Virus record (IMG/VR): IMGVR_UViG_3300002307_000034 | Span: 32,001-96,000 of that record | DNA: 64,000 bases | Source of the DNA: a virus | Strand: one strand, 5' to 3' | In this document: one piece after another, positions 29,335 to 39,961 of the stretch | How the letters are laid out: the number at the start of each line of letters is the position of its first letter | How positions within the stretch are numbered: the stretch's first letter is position 1 | Notes under the pieces: generated by a model | What the model saw: only the letters and a program-made list of their open reading frames with translations | The model's database searches: none | Told to the model about the DNA's origin: nothing | Position numbers and translations under genes: made by a program

Positions 29335-30783
29335 TTATAGGTCTTTGGTTCCGAGGAAGGATCCTTGCCAATCAAACTCCATATTTTTACGAAGTTTATT
29401 TTCCCTTGAGCTTTCTACTGCATCAAAGGACTTTTGTACCGCAGTATCACTTTCATAAGCTCCGAGTCTCTTTTCTAGGGACTCAAAACGCTTAAAGAAA
29501 TCAGCAATGTTATTTGTGATGTCTGTGAGTTCTTTCTTCATGCCTTCTACGGCACTCATGTATTCGGCTTTTGCTGCCTCTACTGACTCTACTGACTTTT
29601 TAATTGCTTCTGATGATTCTGCAGAATTCTTATTTAGTGCTTCACTAAAGAGGTCACGCATATCAGTCAACATCTTTGCAAAAGGTTCTGTTGCCCCTGC
29701 GTTGGTGACGGACTTCTCTACGCTTTCTTCTGCTGGAGCATCTGCTGCTGGAGCATCTGCTGGAGTTGCATCTGTTGGTGCGTCTTCTGCTGAAGTATCT
29801 GTTGAAACTGCTTCTGCTGCTTCTACAACCTCTTCGGCTGTTTCTGTTACCGCATCATTATTTGTTTCGTCTGCCATTTTATTACCTCCTTTACTGAGTG
29901 AAGCATCTGCATCACTCTTATTTATTTTTGTTCCATCATTGAACAAAACTTTTTTAGGATTTTGATCAGGGTATAAATTAATTGTAGAATTAGAATTTAC
30001 AACTCCTGCATCTCCATCTTGTGTTGTTGCTGCATGATCTGGACCTGGAGCATCATCTTTTTTAAAATAATTGTCTACAATTTTTTGTATTGCAACACCT
30101 TTTTCAATAGATGAACTTTCAATCCAACCTATGTTTTCCATAGTTGCATTGCATATAACACAATCTTTATTTTCTGATTTTGTAGTTGATGCAATTTGAT
30201 CATGCTTGCACCAAAATACATTTTCTATTTTTGTATCTGCAGCTAGACCTTTTACTATTGTACTTCCATCAATATTCTTTTGAATAGAGAAAATACTTGC
30301 TAGAGGGTTTGCTGGTGAGTCAACTAGTGACAATTCTTGTAAATCATATTCTTTAATTACTCTGCGATCTTCTTTGTCATCGCCAGGTTCCATAGATGCA
30401 TGAACAATATTTCCACCAATTGAAAATCCAGTCATTGTTCCATCTAAAACTTTTTCCCATGTATCTTGTGCACCTTTTGAAACATATGCTTGTACATAAA
30501 TTCCTTTATAGGTTTTACCTGATTCTTTATCAAAATAATCTTCTGGGTGAAATGAAAGAACTTTGCCAACAGCAATTGGAGCATGCATTTCACGGAGGTT
30601 ACCTCTAAAACGTGCAAATGCTCTTTCGCTTGCATCTGATGTTACAATGTCGCCATGACGATCAATGTTGTCTAATGTAGCGAATCCAGAAACAGTTCTT
30701 TTTTCCTTATCAACTTTTGAGATTGGAAAGGACATATTTAGATGCGAACTGCTATTGTTCCAGTGTACTTTTTGAATGTTCAT
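29335..30783 (-). CDS. prohead serine protease fused to scaffold
   Basis: VSGFAT..DRHGD, REMH, GFSIGG, ELSLVDSPAN; acidic coiled-coil C-half. Confidence 0.88.
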   Translation of the reverse strand: MNIQKVHWNNSSSHLNMSFPISKVDKEKRTVSGFATLDNIDRHGDIVTSDASERAFARFRGNLREMHAPIAVGKVLSFHPEDYFDKESGKTYKGIYVQAYVSKGAQDTWEKVLDGTMTGFSIGGNIVHASMEPGDDKEDRRVIKEYDLQELSLVDSPANPLASIFSIQKNIDGSTIVKGLAADTKIENVFWCKHDQIASTTKSENKDCVICNATMENIGWIESSSIEKGVAIQKIVDNYFKKDDAPGPDHAATTQDGDAGVVNSNSTINLYPDQNPKKVLFNDGTKINKSDADASLSKGGNKMADETNNDAVTETAEEVVEAAEAVSTDTSAEDAPTDATPADAPAADAPAEESVEKSVTNAGATEPFAKMLTDMRDLFSEALNKNSAESSEAIKKSVESVEAAKAEYMSAVEGMKKELTDITNNIADFFKRFESLEKRLGAYESDTAVQKSFDAVESSRENKLRKNMEFDWQGSFLGTKDL

Positions 30784-30835
30784 TCTATGTTAAATAATAT
30801 CAACGTTTGCTATAAAGGCAAAATATTATGATATA

Positions 30836-32416
30836 CTATTTTACTTTTCTACCTTCCCCTTTTCGGGCTCTGCCACTAACTGCTTCTTCTGGGGCAGCAT
30901 TTCTTGTTTTATCTCTACTTCTAGATTGCATAGTTTGAGCTTTTATTTCTGCTGCGTCCCCTGCTGGATCAAAAACTTCATCTCCAGAATCTATAGGGTT
31001 AAGGCCCATTCTCATTCTTATTTCATTAGGTTTTACGACCTGAGTGGTTAGATAAATTTGATCAATTTGTGCTTGTGACAATTCATCAGTAAGAGTAAGT
31101 TCTTCAAATTTGAATGAAAACATGTCTGTAAATTCTTTGATAATTTTATTAATTTGAATTTCAAGAGAATCTTGAGCTGGACGAGTAACCTGCTCTTTAA
31201 AGATTTTATCATCTAATGGGCTAGGTGTTCCATGGCCTATTTTAGATAATGGAGTTCTATGTGCAATTAAAATACGATCTCTATTTTCTATTGCATAATT
31301 TTGGAAAGAAGATTCTTGTTGTCCCGCCTCAACTGGCTTCATATCAAATTCTACACGAGAATTTTCTCCATCTGCTGGAAGTGGAATATAAAGAGTTCTG
31401 TGATTCTTGCCTTTTAAGCCGATCTGGAAAAATTCAAGAAGTTTACGTTCTGCATCAGCATTTAAACGAGCACCTTTAACTGTAATAATATATCTAGGCA
31501 CTGCTTTATTCTCAAAATAATCCAAGTTATATCGTGAAGCAAATTCATCACCAGCAACTGCATTCTTTGCGGATAAAATATCTGGAACTCCATAATATGT
31601 ATTTGTTGGAGTATATTTTTTAAAATGAATAACTTCATTTGGACGAGGATCTGTGCCTATTTGGTCCTGTGTGGTCTTATCGCCAAAGTTTCTAAAATAT
31701 GTATATCGGTTGTATACAACCTGTACAAAACCGTCTCTATGGCGTCTTATACGCATTGTAATGGCAGGTATATGACCTATGTATCCAATTTCGCCAGAAG
31801 ATGTTCTTCCAATTTCAAGATATCCATTTCCAGTTACCTCTAAATCTTTATAAATTTTTTTTATAATTTCTTCAAAAGAATCATCTGAATTAAGACTTTC
31901 TATCTTATCAGTCATTAATACTTTTGCACGTGAAATCTTTCTACGTAATCTTTCTAATGATACGTTATCTTCAGATGCATCTTCTAATTTATCTAAAACT
32001 TTTTGTGTTTCTTGAAATTTATACCCCAGCCCGACGGTATTTGAAACTTTTGCATCAACTGCTGCGTGATGATATGGAGATACATCATAAAGTTGTGCTA
32101 AATATAAAACATTGTATGGTGGTTGAACAATTTGAAATAATGAATATCCAGTAAGATCAAGTGGATCAAGTTTTTTAGATTTTGCATCATCTAAACCTGT
32201 ATATGCTTTTTGCAATTTTCTAGTTGCATTACGTTTAAAATTAGAATTTAAATTTTCAATTTTTAATAGATCTTCTGCTTTACCAAGAAATGGGTCATCA
32301 AAATCTGTTTCTTGTAATTCTCTTGGAACTGTGCCTAGAGAAGCACCACTAATCATAACTTCTTCAGAAGAAAAATCATCATTATCATCAGCTATGCCTG
32401 CACTATGCTTTATCAT
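30836..32416 (-). CDS. portal protein
   Basis: TGNGYLE, EVIHFK..YYGVP, YFENKAVP, NEIRMRMGL. Confidence 0.9.
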   Translation of the reverse strand: MIKHSAGIADDNDDFSSEEVMISGASLGTVPRELQETDFDDPFLGKAEDLLKIENLNSNFKRNATRKLQKAYTGLDDAKSKKLDPLDLTGYSLFQIVQPPYNVLYLAQLYDVSPYHHAAVDAKVSNTVGLGYKFQETQKVLDKLEDASEDNVSLERLRRKISRAKVLMTDKIESLNSDDSFEEIIKKIYKDLEVTGNGYLEIGRTSSGEIGYIGHIPAITMRIRRHRDGFVQVVYNRYTYFRNFGDKTTQDQIGTDPRPNEVIHFKKYTPTNTYYGVPDILSAKNAVAGDEFASRYNLDYFENKAVPRYIITVKGARLNADAERKLLEFFQIGLKGKNHRTLYIPLPADGENSRVEFDMKPVEAGQQESSFQNYAIENRDRILIAHRTPLSKIGHGTPSPLDDKIFKEQVTRPAQDSLEIQINKIIKEFTDMFSFKFEELTLTDELSQAQIDQIYLTTQVVKPNEIRMRMGLNPIDSGDEVFDPAGDAAEIKAQTMQSRSRDKTRNAAPEEAVSGRARKGEGRKVK

Positions 32417-32748
32417 ATAATACCCATTTTCTTTTGCTGCTCTAATTCTTCTTTAAGAGCTGGCAAATCTTTTTCATCTGGGACTAGGCCCCACTCAAGT
32501 CTTTGTTTTTGACTTTCATATTCTTCATCACTTACCGGACGTGAACCAGAAAACCATGCGGGCTGACCTTCTTCAATACCATAATCTTTTGCAAATTTTC
32601 TAAGATTAGCAATTTTTTTAACATCGCCTTTGATTGCAAATATACACATATAGTTACCATCCTCATCAGTCACTAAACTGCCATCGGGCATCTGCCAGAT
32701 ATATGTGCCGTAAGGAACCTCTTCTACTTGCGTACTCTTCATTTTCAT
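32413..32748 (-). CDS. hypothetical protein upstream of portal
   Basis: 111 aa; TGGTAAAAT 6 nt before ATG. Confidence 0.7.
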   Translation of the reverse strand: MKMKSTQVEEVPYGTYIWQMPDGSLVTDEDGNYMCIFAIKGDVKKIANLRKFAKDYGIEEGQPAWFSGSRPVSDEEYESQKQRLEWGLVPDEKDLPALKEELEQQKKMGII

Positions 32749-32795
32749 ACTAGTATTTTACCATTCTTGATTATTTGAACATAACTTTTGTGCAA

Positions 32796-35633
32796 TTATG
32801 AACCAATTTTATGAACAATTGGCATTGTATTGCGATAATCTAATAAAAGCGGGTTAAGCAAAGAATTCATAGAATTATCATTAGCTGCTACGGCTAAGGA
32901 GTTCTGAGTGAATAAATTGTATCTATTAATTGCATCTTGTTGAGATACCGCATTTTCCCAAATATTAATAAATCCATATGAGCTTTCTGAGCCTATGTGC
33001 GTTTCGTCCCCGTTTACATCAATACCACCTGTAAATACACCATTTAAAATTACAAATATATGAACTGGCGTATTTGCTGTAAAACTAAATCTAGCTACCT
33101 GATCAGCTACAGTTGAAGCCGTCAAAGAATTAGAAACATATAAACCATTTATATATACTGATGATATTCCTTCATTATATTGAAGAGATCCATCAGAACC
33201 TATTTCTAAATCTGGATATCCTGGTATTGATGAATCTGCTGTAATAATTTTTGTTCCGACAAAATTTGTATCTGGTCTATACCAAAAATCTATAGCAGCT
33301 ATATTTTTAGAATATAAATTAGTTATTTCAGCGTATCCCGGAACACCCATATCTTGCATACTATAACTAAAAAGAAGACCTAAGTTTTGAGATCTTGATT
33401 GTATTGGCTTACTATATCCTTTAATCGTACCGGATGTGTTATAAATACTTCTAGAATCTGGAACAAGAAGAAATGATTCTCCTTCTGAATAAAAATTCAT
33501 ATTTTTATATAAACCAACCTCTAAATTATTAAATGATTGATTTAAATCTTGTACATCATACTTAGTAATAATAGTTGTTCTAATTAACATAGTGCTTAAT
33601 TTTTTAGAAAAATCGTAACCACATATAACTCCGCCTTTTCTAGAAAATGACATCCAATTATCTTCTTGGTGAGCAGAAGTTTGATCTGGAAAAGAATATT
33701 CAACTAAACAGTTATTTGTTGAATTCCATTTAATTTTTGAACCAACAATTGAATCCATAGCAGATAAAGGTATTGATGTGGTCCAATGGCCCATTTGATA
33801 AACTGGAAACGATTTAACTACATCTACTGGGTTATAAGGATCTGAGTAATATTGCAAAGGAACGCTATACTTAATAATACCAACCCAAGGATAGCCTTCG
33901 GGATAATGGTATCCATTTATATATTGATTTGTAAAATCTGTAATATACAAATCAGATATATTTAAATAAGAAAATATTGTTTTATTAACAGTCATAGAAT
34001 TTAAATTATTGTCGTTATGATAACTTTGTCCCATAGTCAATATGCTATTATTAGAAAAAGTAAAAGTCTTTTGATAAGGTAAACTTTGAGATGTAACATC
34101 AGAAATAGAATTTTGTTTTTCTAAAGCAGCGTCTATTACAGTTAAAACTACTGAATTATTTGCAAAAGATAAAGCTAATTTTTGATATATTGTTTTGTAT
34201 GTTGGAGTAACAGAACATAATGTTGTTATGGTTCCCCCATTACTTACATCGTAAAACTTTAAATTATAACTTTTATTTGTACGATCAACAAATAAAGTTG
34301 AAGAACCATTAACATTGTTTATGGAAAGAATATATTCATCTCCATATCCCGTCATCGGTTCAAGTAGTAAACTTATTGTGCATGGCATTGAAGATATTTT
34401 ACCAAAATCTGAAAAATCTAATGCTGCCTTTCCATTGCTCCAATATATTCCAGACCTATCGTCTGGGGATTGCAATATACTTGTTTTATCAATATTATTA
34501 AATGTAACACGATTTATTTTTTGTGGTTCCAGGCCTTTAGATGTTATATTTAAATTATATATATTAGTATAATCTTTAAATCCTTCTCCTCTAAAAACTT
34601 TTCCATATTGAAAATTTTGTGGAGATTCTTCAAGTGGGAATAAATGCGTTCCATATTGAACTGAAGATTTAACTGGTTTATTGTCATATACTCCCCATTT
34701 AATATGGTTAGTTAACTGTTGACTGGTAAGCAAATAATCATAAAAAGCAAGATTTGATAATAAGAAGTATTGTCCATCTTGTAAAGAATATTTAGTTGGA
34801 GGAGTTGTTGAAAAATCATTATACGATCCAGCTACTCTAAATATAAGATTTTGATAGTTATTTGAAATGTTTGTATCTTGAAATAAACCATTTCCAACAT
34901 ATGCAGAAATTCCAGACTGTCCATTTACAGAAACGTTAATTGTTTTATTTGAATATGTTGCATAAATATGTAATGGAGAATCTAAATCTGTAACGACACA
35001 ATATGATTTTGCATATCCTCCAGATGCTTGTGGAACATAAAATTCAATACAGTTAGTTTGTTGATTATAAAGAATAGATGCATAATTATAAAAATACTGA
35101 CTTCCGCTTACTGTTGTATAATATCCAATTGATAATAGGTATATTTTTGGATATGTTGCAATACTTGTTCTAAATCCTATATCATTTCTAAAATCATTTG
35201 TAGAAAAGCTATCATAAGTAGTAAGATCTAATGCTTGTCCATCCATCCAATCAAATGAAGTCCAAAATTCTGTGGACCATGTATGCGGGTTTGATGAAGG
35301 TACAAATACGTCATAAATGTTTTTAATTTCTATAAATGAATCTTTAGTTATTTTTGCAGAAGTTTTGTTACCCATAACTATTGGACTTGAATAACTTAAT
35401 CCTACAAGTGAAGGGTTATTGTTATAAGATGTAGCATCAACTACTTTTAGCGTATTAAGATATGAATATGTAAATCCAGCATATGTGTCATAAAGATTAC
35501 CATTGGTATGATCATTACCTTTAGTTCCGCCATATGTGGTAAAACCATTTTTTAAATTATAATATGTATAATCAGAGTCAATTGAAAAATAACCTAATGG
35601 GTTATCCCTGTTTACAGCATAAAGATAGGACAT
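32796..35633 (-). CDS. virion protein with LamG/concanavalin-A-like domain(s)
   Basis: MSY..AV..DNPLGY start, WSTEFW, LAFYDYLLTSQQL..H. Confidence 0.7.
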   Translation of the reverse strand: MSYLYAVNRDNPLGYFSIDSDYTYYNLKNGFTTYGGTKGNDHTNGNLYDTYAGFTYSYLNTLKVVDATSYNNNPSLVGLSYSSPIVMGNKTSAKITKDSFIEIKNIYDVFVPSSNPHTWSTEFWTSFDWMDGQALDLTTYDSFSTNDFRNDIGFRTSIATYPKIYLLSIGYYTTVSGSQYFYNYASILYNQQTNCIEFYVPQASGGYAKSYCVVTDLDSPLHIYATYSNKTINVSVNGQSGISAYVGNGLFQDTNISNNYQNLIFRVAGSYNDFSTTPPTKYSLQDGQYFLLSNLAFYDYLLTSQQLTNHIKWGVYDNKPVKSSVQYGTHLFPLEESPQNFQYGKVFRGEGFKDYTNIYNLNITSKGLEPQKINRVTFNNIDKTSILQSPDDRSGIYWSNGKAALDFSDFGKISSMPCTISLLLEPMTGYGDEYILSINNVNGSSTLFVDRTNKSYNLKFYDVSNGGTITTLCSVTPTYKTIYQKLALSFANNSVVLTVIDAALEKQNSISDVTSQSLPYQKTFTFSNNSILTMGQSYHNDNNLNSMTVNKTIFSYLNISDLYITDFTNQYINGYHYPEGYPWVGIIKYSVPLQYYSDPYNPVDVVKSFPVYQMGHWTTSIPLSAMDSIVGSKIKWNSTNNCLVEYSFPDQTSAHQEDNWMSFSRKGGVICGYDFSKKLSTMLIRTTIITKYDVQDLNQSFNNLEVGLYKNMNFYSEGESFLLVPDSRSIYNTSGTIKGYSKPIQSRSQNLGLLFSYSMQDMGVPGYAEITNLYSKNIAAIDFWYRPDTNFVGTKIITADSSIPGYPDLEIGSDGSLQYNEGISSVYINGLYVSNSLTASTVADQVARFSFTANTPVHIFVILNGVFTGGIDVNGDETHIGSESSYGFINIWENAVSQQDAINRYNLFTQNSLAVAANDNSMNSLLNPLLLDYRNTMPIVHKIGS

Positions 35634-35647
35634 TAGTTAGCCTCCAA

Positions 35648-36364
35648 TTATTGTGCAAGTCTTGAAAGTCTCCATGTCACTGCATTTGTTTCTGCATCTG
35701 AAACAGTAACTTGTAGTAAACAGTTAGATCCTGAAGATACTGCTGAAACATAAACATCAGCCATAGCATTTCCTAATTCTGTAACACCATATTCTTCAGA
35801 AACAACATTTGTTCCATCTGTTGCAACTCTAATTGTTGAAACACGAATATTTGAACCTTGTTTCATATTTAATAAATATTCAATTCCTATAAAAGTACTT
35901 GTAGCAATTGTATCAATTGATGTAGCTGATCCTGATCCTATTGTTCCAGATGTTTGAGTATATCCAGTTCCTGTTCCGTTACCAGCACCAGTCGTTGGAC
36001 TTTGCCATACAGGAACTCCTCCAGAAACTGCAAGAACATAACCATTTGATCCAATACCCAATCTAGTTGCAGTTGCAACGGCTGAACCATTTGCACTAGA
36101 ATAAATTATGTCGCCTTTATTTGTCATTGGCACAGCTAAAGCTGTCTGTGCATCAGTATAATTTTTAGTTGCAGCATGTGAAGATGCTGTAGGTTCGCCA
36201 ATTGTAATCTTACCGTTAGTTTCTCTATACACAAGAGTATTTGCTGTAGCTGTAGATGTTGACTTAGTGTCAATTGTATTAGCTAAGTTATATATGTCGG
36301 ACGGTACGTCAACTGGATCAGTTGACAATGGATATGGAAACCCTTTACTGGTTGATGAGCTCAT
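35648..36364 (-). CDS. fibre-like virion structural protein
   Basis: GFPYPLSTDPVDVPSDI, KGDI..RLGIGSNGYVL fibre motif. Confidence 0.7.
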   Translation of the reverse strand: MSSSTSKGFPYPLSTDPVDVPSDIYNLANTIDTKSTSTATANTLVYRETNGKITIGEPTASSHAATKNYTDAQTALAVPMTNKGDIIYSSANGSAVATATRLGIGSNGYVLAVSGGVPVWQSPTTGAGNGTGTGYTQTSGTIGSGSATSIDTIATSTFIGIEYLLNMKQGSNIRVSTIRVATDGTNVVSEEYGVTELGNAMADVYVSAVSSGSNCLLQVTVSDAETNAVTWRLSRLAQ

Positions 36365-36404
36365 AGTTTATATTATAGCAAATAATACGCTTTTTGCGTA
36401 TATG

Positions 36405-36734
36405 CTACTCTCTACCCCATTTAATCTTGTTCCAAGCACGTTCGTGTGCGTAATAAAGAACGATCTTAATTACAAGTTCAATACCAGAAGCAACAAACGC
36501 TAACTTACCATTATGGGTTAACTCATAAATAATAATAAAAGAGATTAAGTTACCAAAGAATCTCCAACTAATGGCTTTTAATAAAGAACGACCATGTGAT
36601 ACCCACATAATTGGTTTACGAGGGGTTTGATCAGAATAAAGTCTATCTTCTGCATCAGCAATTCCTTGTCCAAGATTTGCCAATATATTAAATACCCATT
36701 TGCTTGCGTTTTTCAGTTGCTGAAATAGCTTCAA
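36405..36734 (-). CDS. DUF2061-like membrane protein
   Basis: RSLLKAISWR...YYAHERAWNKIKWG. Confidence 0.8.
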   Translation of the reverse strand: MKLFQQLKNASKWVFNILANLGQGIADAEDRLYSDQTPRKPIMWVSHGRSLLKAISWRFFGNLISFIIIYELTHNGKLAFVASGIELVIKIVLYYAHERAWNKIKWGRE

Positions 36735-37446
36735 TGTCTGCTCCTAACGATACTTGTTCAATTTTATATCCTACATCCCGCCCATATACAATATTTGTAA
36801 TATTTGGCATTTTAACTATCATTGCATTTTTCATAAATTCATCTTGAGCAATATAACCTTTAACTTGATCAAATGTTAGTGGATCTTTAGGACTTGTATT
36901 GTATGTATTTCTAACACCAAGCATTACTTGACTTGTTCGCTTACCTGCTTCTTCATATAAGGCATGATGACCTTCATGCCAAGGTTGGTAACGTCCAAGC
37001 ATTAAAGTTGTTGGTTCTGACCAATCGTGTAAATTAAATTTTTGAATAATATATGTTGCCTTTTGATATTCATCCATCTCATGTGAATTAAACATGACAT
37101 CAAAAAATTCTGGTTTTTCAAATATTCTATTTGTATTTTCAAAACGCCCTTCAGATATAGTGTTCATCCAAATAATTATATCTGCTTTACCAAAAGCTTT
37201 TCTAGTCTCTTCGGTTGGGCATACAAAATCAGCAATAACAATTTGATTTTGATTATGAAGCAATCTTGATAAAGCACCCATTCTGCGACCTTGCTCTATT
37301 CTATCTTCTACAGTAAAACCCAAATCTTTATTTAAATCAGATCTAACTTCGTCTGCATTTAAAAGTGTTCCGTTTACTCTGTCTGCAAGGACGGTAGCAA
37401 TAGTTGTCTTTCCACTACCTGGCAAACCTATAATTTGTATAATCAT
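36688..37446 (-). CDS. cysC: adenylyl-sulfate kinase fused to HxGH nucleotidyltransferase domain
   Basis: GLPGSGKTT, NADEVR..L.KDLGFT.EDR.EQ, ADFVCP; C-terminal LGRYQPWHEGH. Confidence 0.85.
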   Translation of the reverse strand: MIIQIIGLPGSGKTTIATVLADRVNGTLLNADEVRSDLNKDLGFTVEDRIEQGRRMGALSRLLHNQNQIVIADFVCPTEETRKAFGKADIIIWMNTISEGRFENTNRIFEKPEFFDVMFNSHEMDEYQKATYIIQKFNLHDWSEPTTLMLGRYQPWHEGHHALYEEAGKRTSQVMLGVRNTYNTSPKDPLTFDQVKGYIAQDEFMKNAMIVKMPNITNIVYGRDVGYKIEQVSLGADIEAISATEKRKQMGI

Positions 37447-37449
37447 TTA

Positions 37450-38127
37450 TTATCCATTCCAAAACAACTCTTTATTATTATATATTTCTAAATCTTTTTG
37501 ATTTAAACTTTCAATAAATTTTATTTCTTTTTTACTTAACATTTTATACAATATTTTAGATGAATCATTTATGTTATGATCATTTAATATGTATTGACTT
37601 TTATTATACACCTTTTTTAATGATAAGTCTTTGTGTATTTTATATTTAAGTTTTTCACATTTAACATTTGTTAAACTATCATTTCTTATTAAAATATTTA
37701 TTCTTTTTAACCTATCAATAAGTAATTTATCATTGATTTTTATTGTATTAAATTCTGGAGTATCTTTTATATCTAAAGTTGGGCCGAGTGGGGCGGAGTC
37801 GTATAAAAAACTTTTTGATTGAAAATTAGATATATATGTATTATTTTTTTCTAACCATTTCATCATGTTTAAAACATTAATTTCTAAATTATTATTAAAA
37901 TGTTTATGATTCCAAGCATAGTGACTTACAGTTCTTTCAATTGGATTTCTGATACTGGATATTACATATGTTTTATCATCAACCTTTGACCAATAAGCGT
38001 GTTGATCTTGTTTTATTTTTATTTTAGCATCTTTTAATCCAGGTGTTAAATAATCTATAATTTCAGATCTAATGAAATGACCAGCTGTTTTAGGTATATG
38101 TAAAAAATAAAAACTTTCATAAATCAT
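37450..38127 (-). CDS. sulfotransferase family protein
   Basis: FLHIPKTAG 5'-PSB loop, RNPIERTVS 3'-PB. Confidence 0.8.
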   Translation of the reverse strand: MIYESFYFLHIPKTAGHFIRSEIIDYLTPGLKDAKIKIKQDQHAYWSKVDDKTYVISSIRNPIERTVSHYAWNHKHFNNNLEINVLNMMKWLEKNNTYISNFQSKSFLYDSAPLGPTLDIKDTPEFNTIKINDKLLIDRLKRINILIRNDSLTNVKCEKLKYKIHKDLSLKKVYNKSQYILNDHNINDSSKILYKMLSKKEIKFIESLNQKDLEIYNNKELFWNG

Positions 38128-38812
38128 TTAAATCAATTACCATTTTTTCTTGTTCCTGCCATCCTATGTAATCTTTATTCCAATTTAAACTTGCAGTTAA
38201 ATGAATAAATGCATCATTATAATATGATGCTTTATTATTTCCTAAATATTTTATACTATCTACTGAATATATTTTTATATCATTTTTTTTATTATTATCT
38301 AAATAATTATTAATTCCTTTAGTCCAGGCCATCACTCCAGTAATTCTATCAACAAATCTTATATCTTTATAATTTGGTTCTTTAAAATTATCTTCTACGC
38401 AATCAATAACACTTTTAAGAAGTTTATGTTTTGGCTTTGATGCAAATGATATTTGATTATAAAAATAATCGTCATCGTCTTTCGAAATAATTAAATTATA
38501 GCCAGGTACGACCCACTCTTCAATTTTTTTATTACAAATTGTATCTATATCTACATAAACACCTCCATACGTATAAACAATTAAATACCTCCAAATATCA
38601 CTTTTCATAACTCCAACTGGACAACTATCAAATATGTTTAACCATTTTTTACCAAATTCACGAAAAATAAAAAATCTTATTTGTTCATCATCCATATAAA
38701 TATAATTATATTCTGGATTTAAATATTGCCAAGTTTGAGTTTTTTCTTTAATATACGTTGGCAATTTTTCAAAAGGATCTTTATAAGTTTGCCATATTAT
38801 TTTAGGAATCAT
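38117..38812 (-). CDS. glycosyltransferase, GT32/OCH1-like (DxD)
   Basis: IPKIIWQT, KSDIWRY..YGGVYVDID. Confidence 0.88.
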   Translation of the reverse strand: MIPKIIWQTYKDPFEKLPTYIKEKTQTWQYLNPEYNYIYMDDEQIRFFIFREFGKKWLNIFDSCPVGVMKSDIWRYLIVYTYGGVYVDIDTICNKKIEEWVVPGYNLIISKDDDDYFYNQISFASKPKHKLLKSVIDCVEDNFKEPNYKDIRFVDRITGVMAWTKGINNYLDNNKKNDIKIYSVDSIKYLGNNKASYYNDAFIHLTASLNWNKDYIGWQEQEKMVIDLNDL

Positions 38813-39462
38813 ATAGATTTTTCTAAAATTTCATAATCGTCTTTAAAATGATTTTCTATTAAAGATTGCGTGTATTTGCTTAAAATAATGCCTTCGTCTT
38901 TAAAAGTTTTCATTGTTATAGGAAGTTTTATATTTTTATCAAAACCAATTTTTTCTAAAATTATAGGCCATGTTTTTTGAATATTTTTAATATTATACAA
39001 ATCTATTGTTTTATCATAATTAAGTCTTTTTATTTGTGGATTTACTGGTTCTATATTCATAAATAAAATATCTTGTATAAAACCGTCTAGCCCTTTATTT
39101 ATTAGATGAGAATATGATTCTTTTTCTATATCATTTGCTGATTTTTTTGTATAATAATAAAAAGAAATCATTAATTCTTTTGGATCACGAATTGTAGAAA
39201 ATTTATAAAAGTTATTCCACTTTTCATTACCAATTAATTTTTTTATTTTTTCTGCTGATGAATGTTTAGATAATCCTTTTTCTTGAATATTTTTCCAACC
39301 AAAATATTTAGCGTATAAATTTTCTAATTCCATGCCGAAAGACAAGCCTCCAAAAATATAATCATCCCATTCTAAATATGGAGTTAAGGCTTCTTCTATA
39401 GAAGTTCCTCCAGTTTTATGTAAATGTATATATATAAATTTTTTAGAATTACTAATTATCAT
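38809..39462 (-). CDS. sulfotransferase family 2 protein
   Basis: FIYIHLHKTGGTS, RDPKELMISFY, FKDDYE. Confidence 0.85.
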   Translation of the reverse strand: MIISNSKKFIYIHLHKTGGTSIEEALTPYLEWDDYIFGGLSFGMELENLYAKYFGWKNIQEKGLSKHSSAEKIKKLIGNEKWNNFYKFSTIRDPKELMISFYYYTKKSANDIEKESYSHLINKGLDGFIQDILFMNIEPVNPQIKRLNYDKTIDLYNIKNIQKTWPIILEKIGFDKNIKLPITMKTFKDEGIILSKYTQSLIENHFKDDYEILEKSI

Positions 39463-39961
39463 TTTTTTCCTTAATTTTTAAAAGCAAATAATCTGCATTT
39501 GCTTTTATATGTTTAAATTTACCCTGTTCAAATTCAAAATCTTTTCTTTTTTTCATAAATGGACAAAATATTCTTGCTTGTTTCATACATTCAATATGAA
39601 AAGGCATTATATCTGAAAACACTCTGGGACCTTTTTCATCATTTATTAATCCATCTTTATAACATCTTCCGTCTTCTGTTTTTTCTGAATTCCAACTTAT
39701 GCAAATTTCTTCTGGTAAAAAAGATAAACCACAATAACCGCAAATATTATCTGGTTTTACCTTTTTTTCATTTTTTGTTATAACATTAAACATAGCATTA
39801 TTTTTTAATATAGGTTTTGATTGCCATGGAATTGGAATATTTTTATTTATAAAATAATCTGCTTCTTTTCTAAATTTTTCTGGAACATGAACCATAGGTC
39901 TTGGTAAACCTAAAATTTCATCTTGTTCATCCCAATTTGAAAAATCTTTAATTATTTTCAT
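39452..39961 (-). CDS. hypothetical Cys/His-containing protein
   Basis: CGYCG and FHIEC..A..FCPF motifs. Confidence 0.6.
   Translation of the reverse strand: MKIIKDFSNWDEQDEILGLPRPMVHVPEKFRKEADYFINKNIPIPWQSKPILKNNAMFNVITKNEKKVKPDNICGYCGLSFLPEEICISWNSEKTEDGRCYKDGLINDEKGPRVFSDIMPFHIECMKQARIFCPFMKKRKDFEFEQGKFKHIKANADYLLLKIKEKNDN

Noticed and set aside
17323-31843. Plus-strand and off-frame ORFs within tape measure, capsid, protease and portal genes
   Set aside because: Antisense or alternate-frame shadows with no RBS or recognisable motifs.
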